The notes beneath the pieces were generated by a model. That model saw only the letters and a program-made list of their open reading frames with translations. It searched no databases and was not told the origin of the DNA. From contig OZ220089.1 in the NCBI GenBank assembly GCA_964291625.2, forward strand, positions 3,392,001-3,456,000: 64,000 nucleotides of DNA. Reading direction: 5' to 3'. A program made the position numbers and the translations under genes. The stretch comes from Candidatus Latescibacterota bacterium (lineage in GTDB: Bacteria; Latescibacterota; UBA2968; UBA8231). Below, one piece after another: positions 1 through 10,011 of the stretch (position 1 is its first letter; every line of letters starts with the position of its first letter).

Positions 1-141
1 CAGTACCGCGTCTCCGGCGACCTGGCCGACTCCGACGCGGCCATGGAGCGGTCCTTCTGGGTGGGGGTCTATCCCGGGATCGATGAAGCGATGGCGGCCC
101 ACATGGTCGAGAGCCTGAAGCACTTCTGCTCGCGATTCTGA
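1..141 (+). CDS. 3' end of RfbH-like DegT/DnrJ/EryC1/StrS family protein (LPS sugar biosynthesis), partial
   Basis: Frame 1 reads QYRVSGDLADSDAAMERSFWVGVYPGIDEAM...CSRF*; the YRV.G.L..SD..M...FWVGVYPG pattern is typical of the RfbH C-terminus. Confidence 0.75.
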   Translation, partial: QYRVSGDLADSDAAMERSFWVGVYPGIDEAMAAHMVESLKHFCSRF

Positions 142-184
142 AATCGCTCCGAAGACCCGCCGCGATTCGTGGGCCAAGGCCCTC

Positions 185-889
185 GTGGAGGCTCCCTTGC
201 AGCCCGTAGAGCTGTCTGTCGTCATGGCGGCCTACAACGAGATCGAGACGATCGCCGCCGCCATCGACAGGGTGCTGGCCGTCGACGTCTCCAAGGAGCT
301 GATCGTGGTGGACAACTGCTCCGAGGACGGCACGCGGGAGTTCCTCGAGTCCTTCGAAGCGGACGGCGTTCAGGTCATCCTGCAGCGGGAGAATCTCGGC
401 AAGGGGAACTCGATCCGCACCGCCCTGCCGAGATGCCGTGGAACCTGCACCGTCATTCAGGACGCGGACCTGGAGTACGATCCCGCCAGCTTCCCCGCCC
501 TGCTGGCGGCGATCGAGGCCAATGGCTGGGACGCGGTCTACGGGTCCAGGGTCCTGGGCGGACATCCAGCCATATACCAGCACTACTACTGGGGCGTCCG
601 CTTTCTCACCTGGCTCACCAACGCCGCCTTCGGCTGCCGGCTGACCGACGTGGCCACGGCCTGCAAGATGGTCCGCACCGAGGTCTTCCAGAGTCTCGAT
701 CTGAAGGGGAACGGGTTCGAACTGGATTTCGAGCTCACCAACAAGCTGGCGAAACTGGGCTATCGGATCGGTGAGATCCCCATCGCCTACAGCCCTCGGT
801 CCTTCGAGGAAGGGAAGAAGATCCGGGCCGGGGACGGCCTCCGGGCCATGGGGGCCATCGTTCGGGACAGGCTGTCGAATGGCCGTTAG
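185..889 (+). CDS. Glycosyltransferase family 2 (DPM1-like)
   Basis: LSVVMAAYNE, VVDNCSEDGT, QDADLEYDP and LTDVATACK motifs. Confidence 0.9.
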   Translation: MEAPLQPVELSVVMAAYNEIETIAAAIDRVLAVDVSKELIVVDNCSEDGTREFLESFEADGVQVILQRENLGKGNSIRTALPRCRGTCTVIQDADLEYDPASFPALLAAIEANGWDAVYGSRVLGGHPAIYQHYYWGVRFLTWLTNAAFGCRLTDVATACKMVRTEVFQSLDLKGNGFELDFELTNKLAKLGYRIGEIPIAYSPRSFEEGKKIRAGDGLRAMGAIVRDRLSNGR

Positions 890-896
890 AGAGACC

Positions 897-2768
897 ATGA
901 TCCGGTGGGAGATGCGGTCTCTCATCGCCGCGGGCGCGATCGGGCTCTTCTACCTGCTGCTCACCTGTCTGCAGCCGGTCAGGACGGGATGACGTCTTCT
1001 GGCACCTGAAGCTGGGGGAGATCCTGTGGGCAGGGAAGGAGTTCCCGGCACAAGACCCCTTCCTGTTCACCAGTCCGGAGGACACCTACCCCTTCTACCA
1101 CGAGTGGCTCTTCCAGGTAGTCACCCACCTGGTGCATTCCCAGTGGGGCCTGGGCGCTGTGAGAGTGCTGACCGCTCTCCTGGCCCTCCTGGCCTGCGGG
1201 GCGGTCTGGTACTGGGCCCGCGGCATGGACGTGACCGCTCATTTCTCCTGGCTGGCCTCGGCCGTCCTGGTGCTCTTCGCCTATCAGCGGCTGATCCAGC
1301 TGCGGCCCCACGTGGTGACCGTGATCTTCTTCTTCCTGCTGCTGGGCTACCTGTGGCGGCGGAGGGACCGGGTGGGTTGGGGCACCCATCTGCTCTGTGC
1401 CGCGGCGATGATCCTGTGGGCCAATCTCCATTCGGTGGCCCTGATCATCTTCCCTTTCTGGTTGGTCTTCCTGGTCCTCCTGAGATTCCCCCGTCAGTCG
1501 GCCGGCGCCGATGTGTGGGGCCACTGGACGAACCTGGCCCTCAGCTTCGTGGCGGTCATCGTGAACCCCATGGGCTGGAAGCTCTACGTCTTCTACTGGT
1601 TGAGCCAGTCCCACGACCCGGATATCGAGGTCTACGACTATACGAAGGTCCTCGATGAGTGGGGCCACTGGAACCCCTTCGGCATGACGAACTTCCTGCC
1701 CCTCTCCTCGCCGGTCCTCGTGGGGGGATTCGTCCTGCTGTTGATCGTCCTGCTCTTCCGCCTCGGACAGGGGATGAAGGGAGCCTGGCGTGAAGGGACA
1801 CATTCCCTGGACAGGGAACGGCTGGTCCTGGCTTGCTGGGGCGTGATGGCGGCCGGCCTGATGCTCTTTGCCGTGCGCTTCTTCTGGATGGCGCCCCTGG
1901 TCCTGGCGGCCATTCTCTTCTTCCCGCGGAGCAGGCAGGGCCGGGGCCGTCGGTGGCCGCACCTGGCGGGAAGCCTCCTCCTGATCCTGGCGGTCCTTCT
2001 CCACTTCCAGCATCCCGGAACCGCGAGCTACCGGTTCCCCTGGCGCACGGCGGAGCAGCGTTCGCGGTACCTGGGGCAGGAGATCGACGAGGTGAAGTAC
2101 CACTGGAAGGCGATCCAGTTCCTGAAAGAGCTGGGCCTGGAAGGCCGGGTGTTCAATCCGTACCACCTGGGAGGGGCCCTGAGCTTCGGCCTGAACCCCG
2201 GGTCAGGACCTTCATCGACGGCCGCATGGAGCACTACCTGGACCGGGTCAACCGCGATCATCACACGATCGAGACGGTGGGGGAGAGCTTCTCCCAACTC
2301 CTCGAAGCGTACGACGTCAACCTGGCCTTCGTTCCCATCAGCCGCTACACGGTGCGCCTGCGCCTGGCCCTGAAGGAGCTCGACTGGGTCCTGATCTACA
2401 CCAACTTCCAGACCCAGGTCTATGGCCGCTCGGACCTCTTCGATCTGCACCGGACCGCCATCCTGGGACACTACGGCCTGGAAGACGGAGGCAGCCGTCA
2501 GGCGCGCAACGATCTCCACGAGCGGCTGCTGACCTCCGCCTTGGGCATTCCCGGCTGGCCCATGGGGGCGGTGAGCACGAGAGACCCGGCGTACATGAGG
2601 TACATGGATCTCCTGCTCATGCACCTGTTCACCTCCGAGGCGCGGCACTGGTACAGGGCCGGGTCCCCGAGGCTCGCCACATCCGACCGCCGGCTGGTGG
2701 ACTTCCGCCAGGTCTTTGCCCGGCACGACCAGATCCGCAGACAGTTGAGTCAGGAGCGCCGCAGGTAG
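897..2768 (+). CDS. Polytopic membrane protein (GT-C-like), interrupted by two frameshifts at about 988 and 2202
   Basis: MIRWEMRS...PVRT continues in another frame as DDVFWHLKLGEIL...DPF...HEWLFQ, then many TM helices; LNPG joins VRTFIDGRMEHY in the 1833..2768 frame. Both breaks are in GGG runs. Confidence 0.7.
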
Positions 2769-2793
2769 TGCGAGAATCAGAAAGGAGCCGCGT

Positions 2794-3864
2794 TTGATCA
2801 GGCGAGCATGCACAATCGGGGCGGCCGTGCTGTGGGGGATCTCGTCCTCCGAGGCCCTGGAGCGCACCGACAGGGAGTTCAAGATCTTCCAGTTCCCCGC
2901 CGACATGATCCCGCGAATCGACGGCGACACCGGCGACTGGGACATGGTTCCCGACAGCTACGCGTACGGCGTGGACGAGCTCTCCGACACGGTGAAGGGA
3001 AACTTCACCAACCACAACCGCGACGATCTGGACGTCACCGTGCGCGTCGGTTGGGTGGAGGGGCTGAACCGCCTCTACTTCCTCTACGAGGCGTACGACG
3101 ACTACTGGAACATGTACTACAAGTACGGAGACTTGTTCGAGGTCGCCGTCGACGCGGACCGCTCCGGGGGGCCGAACATCGTCAACCCCCAGATCGACAA
3201 TCCCTGGGAGAGCCACTTCCTGTTCAAGGGGGTGCACGCCCAGAACTACCACATCTTCACGCCCGCGGGAGAAGGGCGGGACTGGGCTTTCGTCTGGGGG
3301 TGCCAGCCGTGGATCGGCCGGCTGCCCTGGGCCAACCACGCCTACTCGTACGACTTCGAGGAGGGGGAGAGCGGCCACCTCGTGCTGGAGTTCTGGATCA
3401 CGCCCTTCGACTACGCCCCGTACGACGGCCCGGAGAGGGCCGCCGTCTCCCGCCTGGAGGAGAACGGCCTGATCGCCCTCTCCTGGTCGGTCCTCGACTT
3501 CGACGAGAACACCGAGGAGTACGAGGGGTTCTGGAACCTGTCCCACGAGACCAGCATGTACTGCGACGCTTCGAGCCTGTGCGCATTCCGCCTGATGCCG
3601 CTGGAACCGGAGTACCTGAAGCCGCTGGAGGCGGAGTACTCCTTCCAGGTCATCGACATGGACCGGCGGCTGATCGCCTTCACGGACCGGTCGCGGGGGG
3701 AGATCACGTCATGGTCGTGGGACTTCGGCGACAGCACCTCCTCCGCCGAACAGCACCCGATTCACCGGTACGAGGGGCCCGGCGAGTTCGTGGTCATCCT
3801 GGAAGTGGAGGGGCCCCAGGGGAAGGCCCGGCGCATCAAGGTGAACCAGGTGGTGGTGAAGTGA
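2794..3864 (+). CDS. Secreted protein, CBM9/DOMON-like domain plus C-terminal PKD domain
   Basis: Signal peptide; IDGDTGDW...VRVGW...LYF..E..DD motif; PKD motif FTDRS.G.ITSWSWDFGD...QHPIHRY..PGEF; AAAGGAG RBS. Confidence 0.8.
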   Translation: MIRRACTIGAAVLWGISSSEALERTDREFKIFQFPADMIPRIDGDTGDWDMVPDSYAYGVDELSDTVKGNFTNHNRDDLDVTVRVGWVEGLNRLYFLYEAYDDYWNMYYKYGDLFEVAVDADRSGGPNIVNPQIDNPWESHFLFKGVHAQNYHIFTPAGEGRDWAFVWGCQPWIGRLPWANHAYSYDFEEGESGHLVLEFWITPFDYAPYDGPERAAVSRLEENGLIALSWSVLDFDENTEEYEGFWNLSHETSMYCDASSLCAFRLMPLEPEYLKPLEAEYSFQVIDMDRRLIAFTDRSRGEITSWSWDFGDSTSSAEQHPIHRYEGPGEFVVILEVEGPQGKARRIKVNQVVVK

Positions 3865-3885
3865 TGCTCCGGCGATCCGGCGCGT

Positions 3886-5216
3886 TCACACGATCGAGAA
3901 GCTGTAGAGGCTGGCTCTGCTGAACCGGAAGCGGATGCGCATCGCTCCGCACGAGGGCAGAGGGTCGCGGGTCCTCCAACTCATGGGCTGACGGACACCA
4001 TCCCCCGTTGCCGGGCGGCACTCGGACAGGCCGTAGCCGGGGACCGGGGCTCCCGACGGGTCGAGGACCTCGGCCCTCAGCTCCCCCTGGCAGCATCGGC
4101 GTTGACGATCAGCCGCTGACCGGTCCCCGCCATGGGCGTGGTCTCCACGGTGCCCGGCGTCTCCCCGGCGTCGAGGGAGACGCAGCCGTCCAGCCGCCAG
4201 GCGGCGCGGGCGATGGCGATCTTCTTCAGCGGCACGTATCCCCCGTGGGTCGTGGTGATACCCGTGTAGTAGAGGCGAACCTCGTCCTCCGCCAGGATGG
4301 GCCCGTTGGCGACCCCGAGAATGCAGCCGGCGTCGTATTCGTGGGGGCCGTTCGGGATGACGGGGGACCGGTCCTCGCACCGGGACCACGACCGCCCGTC
4401 GCGGCTGTGCACCAGTTGCACGTCGATGGGACCGTCGTCCCGGCTCTGTTCCGGGCCTTTCTCGACGGGCGGACCCGTATGTCGGAAGTGGGTGAGGAAA
4501 CCGAGCCACATCCCGCGGTACGGGAAGACCGACATGTGGTAGAACTGCGAGAACAGGCCGCCCTCCGCCTGGGTCCGGGCGTCGTCGATCTCGTCCGGGG
4601 CCATGACCAGGGCGGGTTCGGACCAGCTCTGCATGTCGGGGCTGGAGGAGAGGAAGACCAGGCGGCGCCTGCGGCCCCGGTGGATGCCGTAGCGCTTGTG
4701 GAAGGCGAGGTAGTCGCCGGTGGCGGGGTCCCGGGCCAGGCTGCAGGTGTCGCCGCCGGGCAGGACGGGGTTGGAGGGGTAGAGCTGCCAGTGCAGGCCG
4801 TCCGAAGAGTGCGCGGTGCAGTAGCCGCGGCTCTCGGGTGAGCGGGAGACGCCGAGCATCTTGTAGCGGCGTTCGGGGTCGGGGTCGGCCGGATCGTGGA
4901 TGACGCTGGGGCTGTGGAGGCGGATGGGGAGGACGTTGTTCCTGCCGAGCTCCGGCCGGCGCCATGACAGACCGTCCTCCGATTCGGCGTAGAGGACCCG
5001 GTCCGGCCAGCGCATGTACCACATTCGAAGGGTGTCACCCTCTTCGGAGGGCAGGACGGTCCCGTAGATGTAGACGCGCTCGTCGTCGGCAGGCGCCTGC
5101 CACGGCTCCCGGCCCGAGATGACCGGCCGGGGCAGCTTGCGGCAGGGATGGGTGCGGCGGACGACACCCTCCTTGCGGGCGATCGCTTCGTCGTCGACGA
5201 AGAGGTGGGTCGTCAG
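3886..5216 (-). CDS. Five-bladed beta-propeller glycosidase-like protein; frameshift at about 4085; start uncertain (CTG 5216 or fused upstream)
   Basis: THLFVDD..., YAESEDGLSW, SSDGLHW, SRDGRSW, WRLDGCVS; NADAARG continues in a second frame as ELRAEVLD..G.PVPGY. Paralog of 10012..11469. Confidence 0.7.
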
Positions 5217-6328
5217 AAGGATGCGCCGGCGCCCTCGGCCGCGAGGTCGATCTCGGCGACGAAGATGTCCGCAGGTCCGGACTTGAAGTGCGAGAGCTCG
5301 TAGCCGGCCGGGGGCGCTTCCCGCCGGAGGGTGCCCCACCGCTCGATGTGGTGCAGCCGCTTTTTCTCGCCCTCGACGGCGCCGCCCAGGTAGGCGTGCT
5401 GCGAGTAGTAGCTGATGATCAGCCGGTCCGGCTCGAGCGAGAGGAGACCCGGATAGGCGGCGTCGCCGTCGCTCGGCAGGGCGAAGACCGGCGTCACGCC
5501 GTCCCGGTCCAGCAGGAAGATCCCCGTGTTGCCCGCTGGGGAGTGCTGGGGAACCCAGGGCGCCGTGGGGTCGCGGCGGCCGGCCACGTACACCTGGCCC
5601 GCGGACTCGCACAGGGCCGGGCAGTGGATCAGCGTCTCCAGGTCCACGCAGGACCACTCCTCGTAAGGGGGGCTGGAGGTGTAGAGGAGGGAGTGCTGAT
5701 TCTCCCGCCTCGTCCGGGAGACGCACCACAGCTCCCCATCGGGGCGGAAGATGACGTCCGACTCGTTGAACCGCGGGGTCGTGCGGTGGTCCAGCTCGCG
5801 CATCTCCCGCAGCTCCCGCGGACTCGCGCCTTCGGGTTCGGAGGGGATCCTGGAGACAAAGCTCCAGCTGCGGCCGTCCCTGCTGGACAGGAGGTCGCCG
5901 CCCTTCTCGGCGCAGTAGAAGACCCCTTCGTGGCAACGAATCCGCCAGAGCCAGTAGTTGCGGTCGTAGATCCTCGCCGCCGCCGACCACCGGTAGCCGT
6001 CTTCGGAGCTGAACACATGGGGCTCGGCGATCTGGCGTATCCGTCCGGCCACCGGCTCATACCAGCTGTCGGCGCAGAACACGAAGAGCTCGTCGTCGGT
6101 GGCCGCCAGCTTCGCGTCGCGGGCGTCGTTGGGCGTCTTCAGGACGGCGACCTCGTCCCAGCGCCGCAGGTCCGCCGACCGGAGCAGGACGACGACGCCG
6201 TCCGGCGCCGTGTGAGCCGAGGTGCGGTCGTAGACCAGCCAGAACGTGTCCCGCCAGAAGCAGAGGTCCGAACACATGTTGTGCCAGCCGTCCCGGACGA
6301 CGGTGCGGTGGGACAGGACCTGCGGCAT
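5213..6328 (-). CDS. BNR/Asp-box (sialidase-like) beta-propeller protein
   Basis: Asp-box repeats SADLRRW, SSEDGYRW, SRDGRSW; LPSDGDAAYPG...ISYYSQH C-terminal motif. Confidence 0.75.
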   Translation of the reverse strand: MPQVLSHRTVVRDGWHNMCSDLCFWRDTFWLVYDRTSAHTAPDGVVVLLRSADLRRWDEVAVLKTPNDARDAKLAATDDELFVFCADSWYEPVAGRIRQIAEPHVFSSEDGYRWSAAARIYDRNYWLWRIRCHEGVFYCAEKGGDLLSSRDGRSWSFVSRIPSEPEGASPRELREMRELDHRTTPRFNESDVIFRPDGELWCVSRTRRENQHSLLYTSSPPYEEWSCVDLETLIHCPALCESAGQVYVAGRRDPTAPWVPQHSPAGNTGIFLLDRDGVTPVFALPSDGDAAYPGLLSLEPDRLIISYYSQHAYLGGAVEGEKKRLHHIERWGTLRREAPPAGYELSHFKSGPADIFVAEIDLAAEGAGASF

Positions 6329-6362
6329 GAGAGCAAGACCTCCGGTTGTCGTGGCGGGGACG

Positions 6363-6398
6363 AAAAAAAGGGGGCGAGAATCGGATGATCTCGCCCCC
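6363..6398 (-). terminator. Rho-independent terminator of the 6439..7341 gene
   Basis: GGGGGCGAGA/TCTCGCCCCC stem followed on the minus strand by T7. Confidence 0.85.
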
Positions 6399-6438
6399 CG
6401 GGTATCAGCCGTCTTGCGGCGACGGCAGCGCCGTCACC

Positions 6439-7341
6439 TCAGTTGGCGAAGGTATCCTTGATCCGGCCCCAGGTGTCCTGCTCGACAGCCGTCTCGGCCA
6501 CCCAGATGCTGGAATCGTAACCGAGCAAGGTGTAGTCGACGAAGGCATTGGCCAGGAAGTAGAGGTTGACGTTGCCGCTGTTGATCCAGTAGCCGTTGTA
6601 GCCGCCGTCAGCGGGGACATCGTCGTCTACGGCGGCGAAGCCGACGCCGATGATCTCACCCTCGGTCAGATCGTGCACGACCACGTCGGGATCGTCGATG
6701 CCCGAGGAGCTGGTGGGCAAGTCGTCGAAGGGCGTCACCCACATCTCCACGAAGAGGTTGACGGCGCCGCCGTCGGTGTCGCCCTCGATGTTGTACTCAA
6801 CGCCGGCGTAGGGCCTCTCGCCGGCCCAAGGTGCGGCGCCCCACAGGAACAACTCGCCCTCGATGTGGAGCTGCCAGCGGTAGTTCTGTGTCAGGGCTCC
6901 CTCCCACCGCTCCGCGTCGAGACCCGCGCCGGCGACATCGTTGAACTGCTCGTCGCCGCTGTGATCGAAGTCGATGGCGATCTCGGTGTTCTCGTAGTTG
7001 GTGTCGGTATAGCCGAAGAACAGGTCGTCGAAGCGCTCCTCCATGAAGTAGAAGAGGTTGGTCTCCGGGCTCCAGCCCAGGATGATGCGCGTGGCGAGGT
7101 TGGCGGGGTCGGGATCGCCCAGACCGTGGATCGCCTCGGTCAGATCGTCCTGCGTCGTCCAGAAGACGGAGGGCACGTTGTCCCACTCTCCCAGGTCGCC
7201 GTCCATCACGACGGGACGGACGCCATCGGCGCTGATGGGGACCTGCACGGCGGCGAAGTTGTCGTCCGGCCGTTGGTGGGCGGAAGTGGCGACGGCCGCA
7301 GCGAGGACGATCGCCAGTGCGGATGTGAAAGCTCCCTTCAT
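6439..7341 (-). CDS. Secreted acidic CBM9/DOMON-like protein with C-terminal TAVEQDTWGRIK motif
   Basis: AAGGAG RBS before MKGAFTSALAIVLAAA (signal peptide); MDGDLGEW...IILGW..ETNLFYF.EERFDD, homologous to 2794..3864. Confidence 0.8.
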   Translation of the reverse strand: MKGAFTSALAIVLAAAVATSAHQRPDDNFAAVQVPISADGVRPVVMDGDLGEWDNVPSVFWTTQDDLTEAIHGLGDPDPANLATRIILGWSPETNLFYFMEERFDDLFFGYTDTNYENTEIAIDFDHSGDEQFNDVAGAGLDAERWEGALTQNYRWQLHIEGELFLWGAAPWAGERPYAGVEYNIEGDTDGGAVNLFVEMWVTPFDDLPTSSSGIDDPDVVVHDLTEGEIIGVGFAAVDDDVPADGGYNGYWINSGNVNLYFLANAFVDYTLLGYDSSIWVAETAVEQDTWGRIKDTFAN

Positions 7342-7949
7342 CGTTCGATTCTCCTTGTTGCTTCCCCCCGCGACTCCCGGCAGGGATGAAGGTGGCGAAC
7401 GGGCGCTCGCGCCAACCAGGGCAGGAAACCGCGAACGGTTCTCTGGAAAACGATACTCCAAGGCCCGCCTCGGGGCAAGCAGAAAGAGGCCGCCCGGCCA
7501 TCGGCGAGACCGGCCGCGAAGAGTGTGCTCCGGGTTGCGGATTTCCCTCCGCAGGCCCTCCCGGGGATTGTCCGAAACCCGTGTCTCCCGGGCGGCCGCC
7601 AGGCGGCGGCCCGGGAGGTGAATCAGGGCCCAATCCCCGGAAGGCTGTCCCCGGACGGTTTGAGCGGCACGACCTGCCCCGCGGAGCGCATTGCCAGAGG
7701 CAGACCGCTCCCTGTTAATTCCCAGGCCGTAGAGCGGACGGGGGAGCCTCCGGCACGTAGGGATGCCCGCGCCCCCGGATCGCAGCAGCACCCCCCTCCT
7801 GGCGTGTCCTGATCTACTCCGGAGGACTTCCTCCTGCGCCCGAACCGTGCCGAGGTGAAGAGCTCGACCGCCTCCCCACCGAGCCCCGGCGGCTGTACGG
7901 CCGCCCTGGCGCGGAATCCCCGCGTGGGGCGCTGCACGGCAGGCCCCCG

Positions 7950-9911
7950 ATGACGGCGCCACCGCAGAGGGACCGCGGGCAGACGCGGGACCCTCGGGGG
8001 ATCCCGGTGCGGGGCCTCCTCATCGGGGCCGTGCTGTCCCTGGTGCTCAACGTCTGCGACACCTACGCGACGAACGCCATCCAGGGGTCGTACCTGACCC
8101 TCAACTTCAGCACCCCCGCCGCGCTCTTCTTCTTCTTCTTCCTCGTCCTGGCCAGCGGCGCCGTCGGCCTCCTGCACCGGTGGCTGGAGCTGAGTCGGTC
8201 CGAGCTGATCACGATCTACGTCATGCTGCTGGTGGCCTGCTGCATCCCCGGCATGGGCTTCACCCAGTTCATCATCCCCTGCCTCCTCGGGTCGACGTAC
8301 TACGCCACGCCGGAGAACAACTGGGAGGAGCTCTACAACCAGTACATCCCCGAGTGGATGATCCCCCGCGGGGAAGGCGTGGCCCGCTACTTCTTCGAGG
8401 GGCTGCCCGAGGGCGGCTCGATCCCGTGGGGCGCCTGGGTGGTGCCCCTGGGCCTGTGGTTCGGCTTCTTCCTGGCTCTCGGCTTCGCCATGATCTGCGC
8501 CATGGTCATCCTGCGCCGGCAGTGGGTCGACAACGAGCGGCTCACCTACGCGCTGGTGCAGGTGCCGATGGAGATGATCCAGGGGGAGGAAGGCGGCGCC
8601 GTGGGCCGCTCGTTCTTCACCAACAAGACGATGTGGCTGGGCTTCGCCGTCTCCTTCCTGCTGCTGAGCGTCATCGGCCTGAACACCTACTTTCCGGAGT
8701 TCCCCCGCTTCGAGCGCACCGTGGGCCTGCCCCTGTTCGGCAACACCGGGCTCAGCTTCTGGTTCAGCCCGCCGTGGACGGGGTTCTTCTACTTCGTCAG
8801 CCTCGACATCTCGGCCTCGATCTGGGTCTTCTACCTCCTCGTCCGGCTGCAGCGGGGCGTCTTCAACGTCCTCGGCGTGCACAGCACGCAGCGGATCGAC
8901 TTCTACTCCGAGGACCCCTTCCTCGCCCACCAGGGCCTCGGGGCGATGATCGTCTTCGTCCTCGTCGGTCTGTGGGTGGCGCGGCGGCACCTGCGCCAGG
9001 TGGTGGCCAAGGCCGTCCGCGGTTCGCGGGATGTCGACGACAGCGGCGAGATCCTCACCTACCGGCAGGCCTTCTTCGGGTTGATCGCCGGCCTTCTGAT
9101 CGTCGCCGTCTGGCTGTCGGCGATCGGCCTTCCCTTCGCGGTGGCCCTGCTCTTCGTCTTCGGCGCCATGGTCCTGTTCATGGCCCTGACGCGGGTCGTG
9201 GCCGAGGGCGGCATCCCGGCCATGCGTCCCCCCCTGATGACCTCGACCTTCGTGATCTCCACGGTGGGCACCTCGGCCATCGGCGCCCAGGGCCTGGTGG
9301 CCCTCGGCTTCTCCTACGGCTGGCACTCCGAGATCCGCTCCTTCGTCATGTCCTCGGTCGCCAACGGCCTCAAGATGAGCGAGATGATCCGCGGACCGAA
9401 GCGCCGCCTGTTCTGGGCCATCGTCATCGCCATCCTCGTCAGTCTGGCGGGTTCCTCCTATATCACGCTGGTCATGGCCTACGAGCACGGCGGCATCAAC
9501 CTCAACCCCCTGTTCTTCTCATGGCAGTCGACCCACTTCGGGCCCATGGACATGACGCCGCGCATCGCCGGCGCGCCCGAAGGCCCGCGCTGGGACGCCG
9601 TGCAGTTCATGCTCATCGGGGGAGGGGTGATGTCGGCGCTCATGTGGGCTCGCCACCAGTTCGTGTGGTGGCCGCTGAACCCCCTCGGGTTCACGATCGC
9701 CGCCAACTGGAAGACGGGCCACATCTTCTGCAGCGCCCTGATCGCCTGGTGCCTGAAGTACCTGATCCTGCGCTACGGCGGCGTGCGCCTCTACCGCAGC
9801 CTGCGGCCCTTCTTCCTGGGCCTGATCCTGGGCGAGATCGTCGGCGCCGGGGTGTTCCTGGTGATCGACTACCTCACCGGCACCACGGGCAGCTTCCTCA
9901 CGCAGATCTGA
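7950..9911 (+). CDS. DUF6785/DUF6784-like polytopic membrane protein (putative transporter), copy 1
   Basis: 653 aa, many TM helices; LRRQWVDNERLTYALVQVP, RVVAEGG, WWPLNPLGF, LRYGG..LY...RPFFLGLILGE motifs. Confidence 0.8.
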   Translation: MTAPPQRDRGQTRDPRGIPVRGLLIGAVLSLVLNVCDTYATNAIQGSYLTLNFSTPAALFFFFFLVLASGAVGLLHRWLELSRSELITIYVMLLVACCIPGMGFTQFIIPCLLGSTYYATPENNWEELYNQYIPEWMIPRGEGVARYFFEGLPEGGSIPWGAWVVPLGLWFGFFLALGFAMICAMVILRRQWVDNERLTYALVQVPMEMIQGEEGGAVGRSFFTNKTMWLGFAVSFLLLSVIGLNTYFPEFPRFERTVGLPLFGNTGLSFWFSPPWTGFFYFVSLDISASIWVFYLLVRLQRGVFNVLGVHSTQRIDFYSEDPFLAHQGLGAMIVFVLVGLWVARRHLRQVVAKAVRGSRDVDDSGEILTYRQAFFGLIAGLLIVAVWLSAIGLPFAVALLFVFGAMVLFMALTRVVAEGGIPAMRPPLMTSTFVISTVGTSAIGAQGLVALGFSYGWHSEIRSFVMSSVANGLKMSEMIRGPKRRLFWAIVIAILVSLAGSSYITLVMAYEHGGINLNPLFFSWQSTHFGPMDMTPRIAGAPEGPRWDAVQFMLIGGGVMSALMWARHQFVWWPLNPLGFTIAANWKTGHIFCSALIAWCLKYLILRYGGVRLYRSLRPFFLGLILGEIVGAGVFLVIDYLTGTTGSFLTQI

Positions 9912-10011
9912 AGGGCCGGCCAGCGCAGGACGAGCGGGCTTGTTGCCCGGGGGGACAGGGAGGATTTCGTTAGCGCCGGCGCAGAGCCCCGAACACGGAA
10001 AGGGAACCGGA

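Noticed and set aside
990-992. TGA at 990-992 (and at 4077, 50056) as additional Sec codons
   Set aside because: Homology resumes in a different frame or is scrambled; no Cys-aligned motif or SECIS
7813-7825. ATCTACTCCGGAG also found at about 59900
   Set aside because: A 13-nt match is expected by chance in 64 kb
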